NCBI GenBank assembly: GCA_017499595.2
Contig: CM039008.1
Span: forward strand, 2,356,001-2,420,000
Source of the DNA: Psilocybe cubensis
Taxonomy: Eukaryota
DNA: 64,000 nucleotides
Direction of reading: 5' to 3'
The notes beneath the pieces are model-generated. The model made no database searches. It was not told where the DNA came from and was given only the letters and a program-made list of their open reading frames with translations. Positions within the stretch are counted from its first letter, which is position 1, and the number at the start of each line of letters is the position of its first letter. This document shows positions 51,055-64,000 of this stretch, piece by piece. Position numbers and translations under genes: made by a program.

Positions 51055-52913
51055 ATGGCTCAAGTTTCAAAAAGACAATTCAAGGTGCCTTATGGTAGGT
51101 GTAAAACCGAATGTTCTCCTTTGTGCCACTGCTTAAATCAAAGTGTACAGTCCGCTTGGGCAATTCTGGCTTGAAGGTTTCAAAGATAATCCTGGGGACC
51201 ATGCAATACGGTACATCAAAATGGGCTGATTGGGTCCTGGATGAAGACGCTGCATTGGAACACATCAAAGCAGCGTAAGTTTACATATCTCAATATACTG
51301 ACTTGGAGTACTTACTCATCGACACTCTCCAGTTACGAGGCTGGGATACAAACCTTTGATACTGCCAATGTAAGTTTTGAACGATTCTATGCGTGTTTTA
51401 GCCTGCATTGCTTACCGCGACTGTTTGAAATAACAGGTATATTCTTACGGGGAATCTGAAAGAATTTTAGGCAAGGTTATTAAGAAATTGAACCTACCTC
51501 GCGATGAGATTGTTATCTTGACGAAGGTAGTTCGAGACATTGTCACTTGATTAGTCCCTTTTTCCAAAACATATTATAGCTTCACGGGGTTGTGGCCAGA
51601 GAGTTTGGCGTCAGCTACTGGGGAGAAGGAAATAAAGCCGATTCGGATGGATACGTTAACCAACACGGTCTCAGTCGAAAGGTGAGTGTATTCAAGAATT
51701 TTAAACTAAAATCAGAACTTGACGGTGGTATTTTAGCATATTTTTGAATCCGTGAAACACAGTTTGGAACGGCTTCAACTTGATTATGTTGATGTCCTAC
51801 AATGTGAGCAGGACTGAGATTCGCTGTTGTATCTCCCCATCAACCTCTAATTATACAGGCCATCGGTTTGACCCTGAAACACCCATTGCGGAAACCGTGA
51901 GGCTACAGTATTCACAATGGGCCCTTGGAATTAATCTGAAAATATCCAGATGCAAGCTCTTCACGACGTAGTGCAAGCAGGCTATGTGCGATATATCGGA
52001 ATGAGCTCGTGTCATGCATGGCAATGTATATTTGCTTTTCATCTTCCGCTGCGTCTGTACTGACTCAATAAACGTTTAGTCCACGCGATGCAAAGTTGGG
52101 ACGTTTTTTGTAATCTTTGATCATATACTCATGCAGATGCTGCCATTCTAGATTATGCTATCAACAACAAGCTTACACCCTTCATTTCAATGCAAAACCA
52201 TTACAGCCTTCTCTATCGCGAAGAGGAAAGGGAAATGTTCCCAACTCTCAAAGTGAGTGATCTTCAGGCGTATTGACGGATTGGAATTCATCTTTGATTA
52301 TGATCAGTTATTCGGGGTCGGGTCCATTCCCTGGTCACCAATTGCCAGAGGTGTTTTAACTCGACCATTTGGCGAAACAACGAAGCGTATGAACTCGGAT
52401 TTGTACGTCTTGTTATTTTTTACCTTTTTTCAGGAATGTCTGTACATAATTATCTGACCAACAAACACAGAGCGACTGGACGCTATCTGAAAATGCAATC
52501 CACCCCAGAGATTTTGAAAAGGTCGGCCTGATATATCTGGAACATATTTTGTATGTTAATAAACTTGACATTCGGCACAGAGTTGAGGAAGTCTCCAAGA
52601 AGCTGGGAATCAGCATGGCTCAGGTTTCTGTAGCTTGGATATTGTCGAAAGAAGGTGAGACTCAGTTTACATTTTTTGTACCACATGAATGATTAAATTT
52701 AATCCTTAGGTGTGAGCGCTCCAATCGTGGGTACCACCAGCTTGAAAAACCTTGAGGAAATCATTGGTAAAATGGATTATTACATGATAACGAATACCAA
52801 CCGACTAAATTTCTCGTTCCAATCCAGCCGCAGTCGACGTCAAATTGACCGAAGAAGACATCAAGTATTTAGAAGAGCCATACGTACCGCAAGAAATTTT
52901 TGGTCATTTCTAA
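51055..52913 (+). CDS. Aldo/keto reductase (aryl-alcohol dehydrogenase-like), many introns
   Basis: [94 protein letters not shown] and APIVGTT. Confidence 0.95.
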
Positions 52914-53222
52914 CGGACGAATGGCTGTATACGTATTTGACTACCTCACATTCAGCAAAGAAGAAAACGGAAAATGAGAACCTCTTCCATGATTATATAA
53001 ACATGAATTGTCCAATCAGAAGGCACTGAGCCAACATGAAATAGACCATGATTGGTACTTGGTACCTGAAAGGGTGAGAAAACTTATAATTATCCCTTGA
53101 CGGACAAGGAAACACAATATGCACTGAAGTTCGCACAAAAGAAAAACGAAAAGTTAATGCCAAAAAGACACCTACAATCCTTCATAGGAATGCAACTTGA
53201 CGTAATCTTTCCAAGAGGTTAC

Positions 53223-53303
53223 TGTCGGTAACTGGAATCGAACCAGTGGCTCTTCGGAATGATTGACCACAACGAAGTGATTTAACCCCTAATCGATACC
53301 GAC
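53223..53303 (-). tRNA. tRNA-His (GUG) with a 9-nt intron
   Basis: Cloverleaf: acceptor GTCGGTA/TACCGAC, D stem GATT/AATC, anticodon stem CTTCG/CGAAG with TT-GTG-G, intron TCAATCATT, T arm ACTGG-TTCGATT-CCAGT. Confidence 0.93.
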
Positions 53304-53509
53304 GTTAAAGGGACTTTGATATAGACCAATTTAGCGCCTATCCACATTTGTACTTCAATGTGCAGGTTTAAAGTCATCGAACTAAACGAAAATATGTAAA
53401 TTTTGAACAACCAAAAGGCTTGTTCAATGGTTTCTACAATTTATGAATACCTCAAATATTGTCTGACGATACAGTTGAAGCAGAACAGAGAGGTACAAAA
53501 ATATATATT

Positions 53510-53590
53510 TGTCGGTAACTGGAATCGAACCAGTGGCTCTTCGGAATGTTACACCACAACGAAGTGATTTAACCCCTAATCGATACCGAC
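53510..53590 (-). tRNA. tRNA-His (GUG) with a 9-nt intron, second copy
   Basis: Mature sequence identical to 53223-53303; intron TGTAACATT. Confidence 0.93.
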
Positions 53591-54163
53591 CATGCATTAC
53601 CTACGAACTAGAGTAGTAACGACGTGGGCATCAATGAATGAATGCTTGCCCAGCTTGGTTTGACTGGATTTGAAAGTTCGATGAGGCAGGACTGTTGATT
53701 GGGACGCGAGTAAATATTTCCTCTTTAACACAATATCGTCGAGAGATGTAATATATAAGAACACCACGCATCCGCAAATAACAGAACTCTAGTGCCTTCA
53801 TGAATACGACTCGAATATCAATATCAAGTTTGTAATCCTACGTAGATTTCCATGACTCATCAGAGTTGTGAATATGAAAGTATTCGTGAAAAGCCACTGT
53901 ATCAACCTTTGAATTTGAGTGGTCATGGAAAACTGACGCGTATCATTTTACCGTCTTCGACCAACTTCATAGATAAACCGCCGAACGGTAGAAGTTTTGC
54001 CTTGCGACTGACGACTGACCTGGAGCGAAAACTCAGATAGGGTTGAACGGCGGTGGATGTATCCTTCACATGAGCGTGAGACGTCCTCAGCAAAATTCCC
54101 CATACCAATACCAGTTTGGGACAGATATGATCTGCCAACAAAAAGACACAAGCCACCACTCAG

Positions 54164-56453
54164 TTACTCCTGCGAAATTTTGTTGAAGTTATTCAATAAC
54201 CACCGCCAGTCCTTTTCGGAATAGACCTCCCAGTAGTCCAACCACCATTGTTCACGAAGTAGCACTGCTGATGGTCCACCTAGAGTTTCCACCTGATCCT
54301 CCAAGGAGTGCACAAGTGAGCGGGCTTTCATCATGTCGGGACACACGCCCTCCAGCCATTGGAGGTTGACTGAAGGCGGGAACAACGTCAACATGCCCTC
54401 TGCGCATAGCTTGACTCTGTCGAGCCGACCAATCTCCTTACCGCGCGTCATCCACTGCTCGAACTCTTCAAACATGCTACAGGCTAGTTTCAGGTGGTCG
54501 AGGTTCACTACCATCGCAGCGACACCACCGCGGTCATCTTGCGAGGCTGCCGATAGTGCCGGTGATATAAGGCGATGCAGCAGGGCCCACGCCACAACGA
54601 TGTCGTGAATCTGCAATCCGTATTTACGAGGTAGAAGCGATTTAACGCAAAGAAGAATTTGGACCGTTATTTCAGGTTCGAGTAGCGCCAATGATGATGG
54701 ACTAGCTGAAGATGGTGATGTCGATGCGAGGTCTTGCAAAATCTCAGAGAGCCAGTCGTAAAATGGCTGGGGTACATCTTGTGAGTTCAGGATCCTAATA
54801 ACAGATTCAACATATGCAGTTTTAAGGATGGGATGTGTGTCCTGGTGGACATGGAGGTAATATGCAGAAACAATATCGCGCTTCTGAGGGACTGTCGGAG
54901 AGAATCGGTCATCCAACATCACTCGCATCGTGGCATTGTCGAGTAGGCCATCTAGGTAGAAGCCCGATATTGTAGTTGCAGCAGTGATGACGTCCATGTC
55001 AGCGAGACTGTGGTAAATAGGATAGACGGCGTCCACATTTTGTGAGAACGTAGAGTTTATCCACTGCAATCCATGTATAAGATCTGCTGAGTCTTTTAAA
55101 ACGCGTGCAGTCCCTCTGACAACCTCTTGCGCATCACGGAACTGTCTCCAGCGCATATCAAACGACATCCAGTTGAGGTCCCCTGCCGACTTGAGAAGAC
55201 GATGAAAACGAGGTGCGTCGAGCTCTGCCCATGGCAAATTGAATGAACTGAATATCCAAAAAAGGGTGTGACCCGTAAGGTAGAATAACCAGGATTGTGG
55301 GGATTTGTATGGACACTGAGGAACGCGTAGGTGTTTATCTTTAGAGAAGGCGTGCTGCATCGCAGGAAGGGCGGTAGTAATTCCGACGAAGAGCATGACG
55401 ACGCCAACTGCACCAGTGACGCAAGCCGCTACTGCTATGTTCCGCGCCCACAACAAGTCAAGAAGACCAACAAAAAAGAGGATGAGGGAAGTTTGAAGAA
55501 GAATGGGAAGAGCGGTGAGGATGTCTGGGACCCTCCAGTATAGCAATCCCTCGTATCGCATTTGTCGAAGGGCGACAGCATCTTTGTGCGGAAGTGAGGC
55601 ATCTCGCTGATATTCGCGCAGCCATTGTAAACAAAGTATACCGATCAGCACAGTGGTGAGCGCGAGTGTGAGACTGAGAAACCAAACCGCATTGATGCGT
55701 ACATCGGAAGAAGTTACTGAAAATGGGGATGGAAGGAGGTCAGATGGGACGGATACAGTCGCATTTGAGGCTTGTTGAGCCATGAAAGCTAGTAAGCGAA
55801 GGGACACATCGTCGTTATCCTCTGACAACCATTTGTACGACTCAATGGTGAAGGCTGTTATGGTTGCCGAGAACAAACCAGCCTACATATGCATTTAGTT
55901 ACATCTTTAGAGAGATAGAGAAGAACTTGATTAACAAAGATAAGCAACTTGTCAACTTCGTCCTTCCATGCATCACACATCTCATTGTCGTACTTTTCGA
56001 CGATACTATGGCACTTCTTCCATGAATCGTCCTTTTTCGGAATATTATATCGATGTGGGTCGCTGCAGCGCCAAGGAACATTGCCAAACTGGAATTTCCC
56101 AACAGTTGAGAAAGGGTTTGGAGAGGTTCAAAAGTACTACATACTTACTTGTTCTTGATACTCAGATTGCGCTCCTGGAATGGGTGATGATCCTTTCAAA
56201 TTTGGAATCCTTGATTGGCGTCGGGGTGCCTTGTCGTCAAAATGTATAAGAGTTTTGTGTTGATGTGACCAGATACACCTACTGGGTTATATGGGTGATC
56301 TTGTATAGACGGTCGACTTTGAGTGAAGCTGATCCCACGGTACTTCTCCTCAGGGTACCCGTGTTCATTGACCGAGGCGAACTCTTCTTGATCTTCAATC
56401 TTCGTCGCGTCGCTGTCCAGACGCACCGGTCGTCTCTCTTGGTCTAATGACAT
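54164..56453 (-). CDS. DUF6535-domain membrane protein with a long helical C-terminal region
   Basis: W..C...V..YDNEMCDAWKDEVDKLLI|AGLFSATITAFTIESYKWL, VRINAVWFLSL, LCLQWLREY and LPILLQTSLILFFVGL..CPYKSP. Confidence 0.88.
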
Positions 56454-57292
56454 CGCAGTCACATTCAGGGAATTAAATGAGAGTTATGGGTAGTAGAAAG
56501 GTGTAGCATGACCCTGGAGCGCTGAGTGTTGGCGTCGTCCAGCAGCTGTCTTCCACGTCATCCCCATTCGGTCAATTGCGTTGTTGTCTATTAGACACGA
56601 TTGCTTGTACAGTGTTAGTTGCGTTGGTCTGCTTCGAATCTGTAGGTCTAAATCTTGTCTGGAAACAGTTCAACTGGGAACATTTCATCGATGAATATTG
56701 GCGATGGCACTTACAAGTTGGAGTTACCAAATGGACAGTTGGGATTTGATAAAGTACGGTGAGATTGCTGAAATTTTCTCCCAAGTTGTTTATAATCTGA
56801 AGGATATCTAAATGTGCGGCCGTTGAACGTTGAACAGACTAATATTCACGTATATATGCGAACGCCTTTGATTCAACATGAAGGTTGATGAAACCTTTGA
56901 AGGACTGCAACTGAATCTAAGTTTTCACGCGGAGCTTGAAGAAGAATGGGAGCAAGTCCATCTGTCCCGAGTATCCTTGAATTTCTCTATAATCTTGATA
57001 TTCATCTCTCTGACAACGCAAACTTCACAGCGTTATAGACCATCAAAATCATTGAAGAACACTTTCAAGCTCATTAGTGCCAGCAAGAACCGAAGTAAGC
57101 TGCAGGTTTTTATCACATGTGTGCCTTAAACGTATAGCCGAACCGGTTGAAGCCAGGCCCCTGAACGTTGTACTCAAACTTGTCAAATCATTGGGGTTGC
57201 TTTGAGGCTCCTCGATTCTTCTTCTTTCACAGTCTATTGTCTTCAATCGAGTGCTTAACTTGAAATTCCAACGCTTTGAAACATTGGTGGAA

Positions 57293-58519
57293 ATGACAAC
57301 GTCGTCGAAACACGCACAGGAGAAACAGAAGATTGTAGATCAAGACGACGACCTCGACGATCTTGACGGTAAGCATGTTATTATGGTTTGTTTTACAGGT
57401 AACGTACTTACTTGTCATACAGATGTTTTATCTGAATTCAATTCTTCATCGCAATCGCCACCTCCAAGCGCTCATCCAATAGCGCCTCACGGCCGGCCGA
57501 GAAACAATACGCGCGTCGATGCACCTCCACCTTCAATACCCGGATCAGGGAGTGCCCTAGATCCAACGAGCGAAGCAGACGAGGATGCGCTCTCTTCTGA
57601 ATTTGCGAAGGAGCTTGCACTGGGAATGGAGAGTCTGATGCGCGAGATCACTGGCGAGGTGTCTAAGAGCGACGTGGATGCTGATGGATCAGAAACAACG
57701 GAGGATGAAAGGGCTCGGGCTTTCAAGGCTGCATGGGAGGCGATGCTGATTGAGGGTATGGATGCGAATATCGCCGGTGCAGGAGACGCGTCCGCGAAAA
57801 AGGAGTCTTCCTCGACATCTACGGCTGGTGGATTTCAGGATAAGATCAAGCAGGCGATGGAAAAGTTGAAAGAAAGTGAAACAAAACTAGTGCGTGTTTT
57901 CATCTTACTGTCTATACCCATCTAAACGTAGGTTTAGGGAGGTTCTACATCAGGGGCGGGTGCTCCGAGCGATCCTGAATCGTTAGAAGCGTTATTGAAG
58001 TCACTGGGAGATCTCGGGTTAGGAGAGGGTGAAGACGACGAAAAAGAGCTTGCTGGGTTCCTCGAGAACATGATGGGACAGCTGATGAGCAAAGACGTGC
58101 TTTACGAGCCGTTGAAAGAACTAGCCGATGGGGTGAGCAAACCAACAGTGTTATCATCATCCTAATAATAATGCCACCTCCAGTTCCCTCCATATCTCGA
58201 GAAACCTCCGTCACCACTCTCGGCCGAAGACAGGAAAAGATACGAAAGCCAGCTAGTTTGCGTACGCCAAATTCTTGCTGTGTTCGAAAAAGATGGATAC
58301 AGCGATACCAACGCGGAGTGCAACAAACAAATTGTCGATCTCATGAGCGAGGCGAGTTTCAAATATCATCTGCCTTTGCTTGAGAAAGTAGCTGACGACC
58401 GTTACCAGATGCAATCGTACGGATCTCCTCCCTCTGAAATTATGGGCCCACTTCCCGCTGGCCTTGACGGCGCAGGTGGCATTCCCGGACTCAATGATGA
58501 GAACTGCACCATCGCATAA
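57293..58519 (+). CDS. PEX19: Peroxin 19 (peroxisomal membrane protein import receptor)
   Basis: DDDLDDLD|DVL, FQDKIKQAMEKLKES, MMGQLMSKDVLYEPLKEL, MQSYGSPPSEIMG and C-terminal CaaX (CTIA). Confidence 0.95.
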
Positions 58520-60288
58520 TCCTCGCACAAACAATCTCCCTCATCTTCCGAGCATCGGATCTGCACTTGTTCAACCCCTGGGTCTCATTTTCTTCACTAC
58601 TACTACCACCACCACCACACTAAGCAAGACTACGCATGCACACTGCACGCAACATCAGCATTCTGATTGGACTTCTTCTGTCTCTGATCGATTTGATTTT
58701 CGCCTTCGACTTCAATTTCGACCGAGCGTAGTTTGTAAATCTGCTGGGAGAATCCTTGTTGCGCGAAGTTTTCATTTCTTCGCGGCGATGGGCATTGGGG
58801 AGCGCGTGTGCGTTTATTTTATGTTCTATCTCAAGCACGAATGTTACCGTATGCTGCATAAATATCTCATACTACCGATCTACGGTACAGTATGACGCCC
58901 TGTTGCGTTACGTTCCACGGTTGCCAGTCGAAGCAGGATCAACCTGGATCGACGTGATAGCCTTTATGTTCGCCCTGCTTCCCGTCAGATCACACGTGTG
59001 GCTGGGAAGAAAGAAGGTGAATGTACATAGTCGCCCAACGTGAGCTGTCGGCTTAAGCGCCAGCTTTCCCATTGATTGAGTATGGAGCGCGAGCATTTAT
59101 TGATTGCGGCACACATGCTGCGTCTTTATTTCTGACATATCATGCGACTGGTTGGTAACTCCTGTGTTGCATTTACTAGAAGGTGTAACATTCGAGGTAA
59201 AGAAAATTTGTCTGCATATTAAACCCTCTTGATGACATCGGCGTGCGTCACGCCATACTCTTTGACGTCCATTTCATTGGCGCACCGGCTCCAAAATGCT
59301 CGACAGAAGGTCGCGGCGGAACGTATCCTCCTCGCTGTTTTGTTCCGTCTAGTTTTCCCACCTCTAGTATAAAAATATCGCCCTCTCTAGCATTACCAGG
59401 CATGACCGTACGTCGAGCGTAACTCTGATCCGTAGGCGTATACATATGATGTGAGGTAATAATAAAAATGCATAACATGTCCGATTTTGTTTGTGTGGCG
59501 TTGAAGGCTTCAGACTTACTTGCATTTGACAATATTTCCAATAACATTATATACTATCAATGAGGAATAGTGCGAGTGTATAATATGCTCTAGATCCCTC
59601 ACGCACCAGCAGACCCTACCCGTCACCTACATTAATGAAAGTCGTTCTACAAACGCTTGAAAAGTGCAAACCGGGAAATCTTGTACCGGTGTACTTACTT
59701 CTGAGGCTACTTGCATACCAACGTTTTATTTTTGGCCCTTCTTTTTCCTACGCGTTGCAACTCTTCTGAACGAGAACCTATTTTAAGGTCAAAATTTTGG
59801 GATCCCAGACTCCACTTTGCATAACTTTCATAACATGGCAACATAGGCATGTGTATTCCTCTATTGCATAATAGCGTCAAGTGTGACGTTCTCTCGGGGC
59901 CCATGTATTCCCATGATTTGGTGTGGTGGCGTCCGAGCAACTGCGGAGGCGACTTAATGTGGTGAAGCGTAAACTTCGACAGCCGAAGCTGTCAGACTTT
60001 CATATTGCAGAGGGAAAAAGCCACACAACCTAAGCAGAACCAATGGAGAACATTTAAACTTTCTTAAAGGAAAAAAGTCATTTCATTCATTAAGAATTAA
60101 AACCGTTGGGGTCCTCGGGTATTCGTAACATATGCGTGATGATGATGCGATGCATGGAGAAGAAGAGAATTTTGCAAGGTGGAAAATGTCCGATGGAAAT
60201 GAGTATGAGAAAGCTTCAGGATCGGATAGAAGGTTGCAAAATGTTTTCGGCATGAGAAAGGCTATGAAATGAAGCGAGAAAAAAAAGA

Positions 60289-61134
60289 TTATACGGCGCT
60301 CGACTTCTCGTTCTCCGAAATGGTCTCCTTCTCGTTCATGGAAGCCTTTGAAGGGCTTGAAGGTTCTTGCTCGGTAACAGCGACAGCGTTCTGCTTCTTA
60401 GCAGCGATCCAAAGGGCAGCAGCGGATATCCAGGTAAGGACAAGATTGAACCAGGGAATGACGGCGACAAGGCGGACTAAAAGGGGGAGCCAGTCATTAA
60501 TTTCTAAGGTTGTTTAGATGGTTAGAAGTGAGGCTTACGATATCCGATATCTTGTAAACTCTCGTCGATCCTGAATTAGCTTCAACAGCCTTGACGGCAG
60601 AGTCGGGAAGTTGCACGGATCCAATGAAGGCTTTCACATCGGCTTCGCCAGTAGCAAAGAAGACAACAAAGGGAATAAGACTTCCGAGCAGGAATAATGA
60701 GGCAAGGCCGAGGATAATCGACTGAGCTCGCAGAGTTCTCGCTGCAAATGATTTGGTAAAGGGGAGGTAGGGGGCGATGATCAATTTTGAGAGGATAACA
60801 GCGATGAGCAGGGATGCTGTGGTCGCTACGATTCCGGCATTGTATATGGCTATGGGAATAATATTAGCAGGCGTGCAAGTGAATGTAGCGAATACTAACA
60901 GTCGGTGTTAATCTCTACAACGGAAGGAGGGGGAGCGAGCTTCTTCAACCGAGATTTATCTTGGTTGGACTTGATCAAAGCATTCAGACCTAGAATACGT
61001 TGGCGAACATGATTAGTATTGTCTCCTGGGCATCTGACGAGTGGCTACTAACCAACAGACGATGCAACAACAGCGATACACCAGGTCACGGTGAGGAGGA
61101 GGGTGCGAGATAGGGGGACGGAGGTGGAAGACAT
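60289..61134 (-). CDS. Four-TM (MARVEL-like) fungal membrane protein
   Basis: Four exons with hydrophobic segments (LLLTVTWCIAVVASSV|GLNALIKSNQ, AGIVATTASLLIAV, IILGLASLFLLGSLIPFVVFFA, VAVIPWFNLVLTWI) and a polar tail. Confidence 0.75.
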
Positions 61135-64000
61135 AGTGCCTGAAAAGACGATTATGCTACAACGAGGATGGATAGGAGGAGGAGGAGGGTGGAGGGAGAG
61201 ATCCTGAGCGAAAAACACATAGGTGCATTCTTATTTAGCTTGTCGAAAATCCAAGTGCCAACTCGTCCCCACATTCTCGTAGACATTAATTCCCTTAATT
61301 CCAAATACATATTTCTTGCACGCGATCATTCGACATGCAAGCCAGATTTGGTCCATCGCGATATGCATCTATGAGCGGATCTAGGATAGTCAAGACGATC
61401 TTCCTGCAACCCATGTGGACGGCCATTCCTGAGAAGGAACTGTTGGGGCATCCTGGGGGATCACCTGGGGCCCATAAGTACCACATGACAGAACGGAGAA
61501 CGTTAACTGGATGTTATGTACTTTCCTGTGATAAAACATTTCTTACCGGGTTTGTGGGAAAGTCAACTCTTTGTCAACTTGAATTGAGATAACTTGATGG
61601 GTGTAGTACACCGACCTGTGAGGCTCGATATACTCGAAAAGTGGTCGCCGTAAAGGTGCAAGGCAACCCAAAGTTGTGACCGTTGGAGTGACTGACGTCG
61701 TAAAGCCAAGACCCTTCCAAGAGTCCAAATATGGGCATATTTTCCTTAATTGGATACTCCTCCAAAATTTTAATGCAAGCATGATCCTCTGGATCCATTT
61801 CCCACGACTTTTTAAATGCAAACACAGCTCTTCCTCCACCCCTCTCCATAACTTGTAGCATTCCAATAAGGCTATCTTCAAGTCCATTTTCACGTCAAAA
61901 GCCAAGCAGGTCCTTTATCACTTAGCGAGAGGAAATTCAAGGAGGACGAGACCCCCTCAAGCATCAAACTGCCTCCATTGAGCGGGAAAGTTCCGAAGGA
62001 GCCCCTATCCTGTTCAAAAAGCCTCACTTCACGGAGATTGCCCACAAAGGTATATTATGACCTATCGGACCTCCGTATCAGGCCAAAAAGTATATGGACA
62101 ATCACGAGTGTATCGAAACTTGTCCTCCAACCAGTCGGGTACTTGATTCTGAACTGGTACGACTCTCACAGAATCAGATATCTGTGACTGCTTTGGAATT
62201 TCAACGTTTTCAGGCTTGAAGACGAAATATTCAAACGTTTCGATCGTACCCTAAAAACAAAGAAATACAGCTCATCAAGTTAGCCCATTAAGGCCTGGAT
62301 CGGCTCCTCATCCTTCTGGATGGTGAACAACGTCGTAATTCAAAGAAAAACAGTACTTGAGTTGAAATTATTGCGTCTGCAAAAATATTGTATCTGGAAG
62401 TGCACACCCAGTGTGATATCGTCACTTTTCGGGGTACGGGGACAATGCTTACATCAAAATATTTGATTACTTAACGGACCGAATGCTCGCGACAGTGCCT
62501 GACCACCTCAAGGTTCGTCGTCAATATTGACCGATCACCGATGGAGAAGAAAGATATCACTTCAACAAGTCGTAGACAAGTTGGATGTTGACAGGGGAAA
62601 ATCTAATGCTACATGTGCTGCGAAGGGCTGAGTATACGTACATGGAAAAGTCTTGTGCAGATTAATGATAGGTAAACGACTTAAAGGTCTTGGACATTTT
62701 AAAAACCAAGGTCATCAGACCCTGGCTGTTTAGGCGCCTAAAGCTTGTGATACCGTCTTGCTTACAAGTAAACATACACGAACATTGGATAAAGTCGACT
62801 GTAAACGAACAAATGAAAGTCCCAGCTTCGCCTCGCTGGGTATGTTGTTCGCAATAGGCTAAATCCTGCTAAATCTGATCAGAAAGTTGAAATGATAATG
62901 TGGAAACTTACCATCACCTTCGTATTTTGATCCATGTGCGGATGCCCTTCCCCGCTCACTTTCGGTTAACATTTATTTCACCATCCTGCCCGTTACATTG
63001 TTGGGTTACAGATTATCCACTCATAAGTAGTTTTAATACAACGCCATTCCCCATCCACTGGAGGCAGCCTGTGTGCCTGGCATCTGACTACGTTATACCT
63101 TTGGTACACCTTATGAAAGTCCACACGACGAACATAAAGAATAAGCTTGAGCTTCACACACAATGTCAAAAGCCTGTTAGTGACCTCCTGAATAATTTCT
63201 CTAGGCAACGGTAGCAATAACCAAGCTGGTCCCCAAAGAGGCTTGGCCTGCATTCGCTATTAATAAGCCCCTCTTGCAAAGCAGAGCGTCCGAACCGTAT
63301 GGGTTCGCGGGATGGACGGGAGTTGATAGAGCAGTATAGGGCTCAACCATGGAGAACGCGTCCCGCATCTGGATACGTGGCCTGATGATGGCTGTAGTTA
63401 TCTGGCACCAAATTTCGCGAATCGGACTGCGCAATCTCTGCGCATTTCCTCTCACCGTAGGTTATTACAAACACGCCTAGGTCATCGAATCATTTGGAAT
63501 AGCGAAAAAAAAGGTCTTCTCGATCTTCTCAAGTGTCAATAATAAGAAGACTTTAAGACCTTTAAACACTCCTTTTTCTGAGAAATGATGGAATGCCAAT
63601 AGGCTGAAGGTTATCACCTCGCCCAGGCAAGTTTTTACTCCTCTTTTTCTTGTAAGCTTGTAATACCACTTCAAGAAGGTATGTCTTCAAACGGTAAAAA
63701 AATATCGGAGTTCCCATTTTTGAAACTCTTCCGAAATAAGTATTCTGATTCAATTTGTAGTAGTTCATCTCGGGTCTATTTGCGGAAGCTTTGTGAATAC
63801 TTCAACCCACACTGAGCCATACTCTGCCATACTGCAGACGTGCGCTTAGACGCCTTCATCAGAATTATTATCAGAAAGCTTCGACGCAGATCAACTATAA
63901 ATAATGTAACCCGTCTGCACGTCAGATCTATTGGAGCAATGGGCCGCTGATATCGTGTCTGTTATTTCAAGGTAGAAGAGTCGGTAGTTTGAATGTTGAA

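Noticed and set aside
61540-64000. Minus-strand coding-like fragments near the window end
   Set aside because: They are interrupted by many stops and I could not recognise a family; possibly decayed genes, but not supportable from sequence alone.

Overview
Intron-rich eukaryotic DNA, most likely an agaricomycete (mushroom-forming basidiomycete), judged from ~50-70 bp GT-AG introns, a DUF6535 gene and expanded 7TM and O-methyltransferase families. The window has two compartments. The left part (1 to ~27.7 kb) is unstable and repeat-rich. It holds two families of non-autonomous TATGGCTG-ended TIR elements with 6-bp target duplications, one rearranged as expected from reversed-ends (alternative) transposition. 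It also holds a 2.8-kb palindrome made of two inverted 1290-bp elements and an old ~8-9 kb tandem segmental duplication. Two O-methyltransferase pseudogenes and three copies (one intact, two dead) of an uncharacterised permuted-papain (PPPDE/DeSI-like) His/Cys protein with an E/R-rich helical tail lie in the same stretch. The right part (~27.7-64 kb) is gene-dense: a divergent calcineurin A, elongin C, three tandem 7TM-like genes, two related small secreted genes, a TMT1-like methyltransferase, LPD1, a Kre9/KNH-like protein, a chromodomain/coiled-coil/C2H2 protein, an aldo-keto reductase, two tRNA-His genes, a DUF6535 protein, PEX19 and a 4-TM protein. All gene models were spliced by eye. Family assignments come from motif recognition, not database searches.
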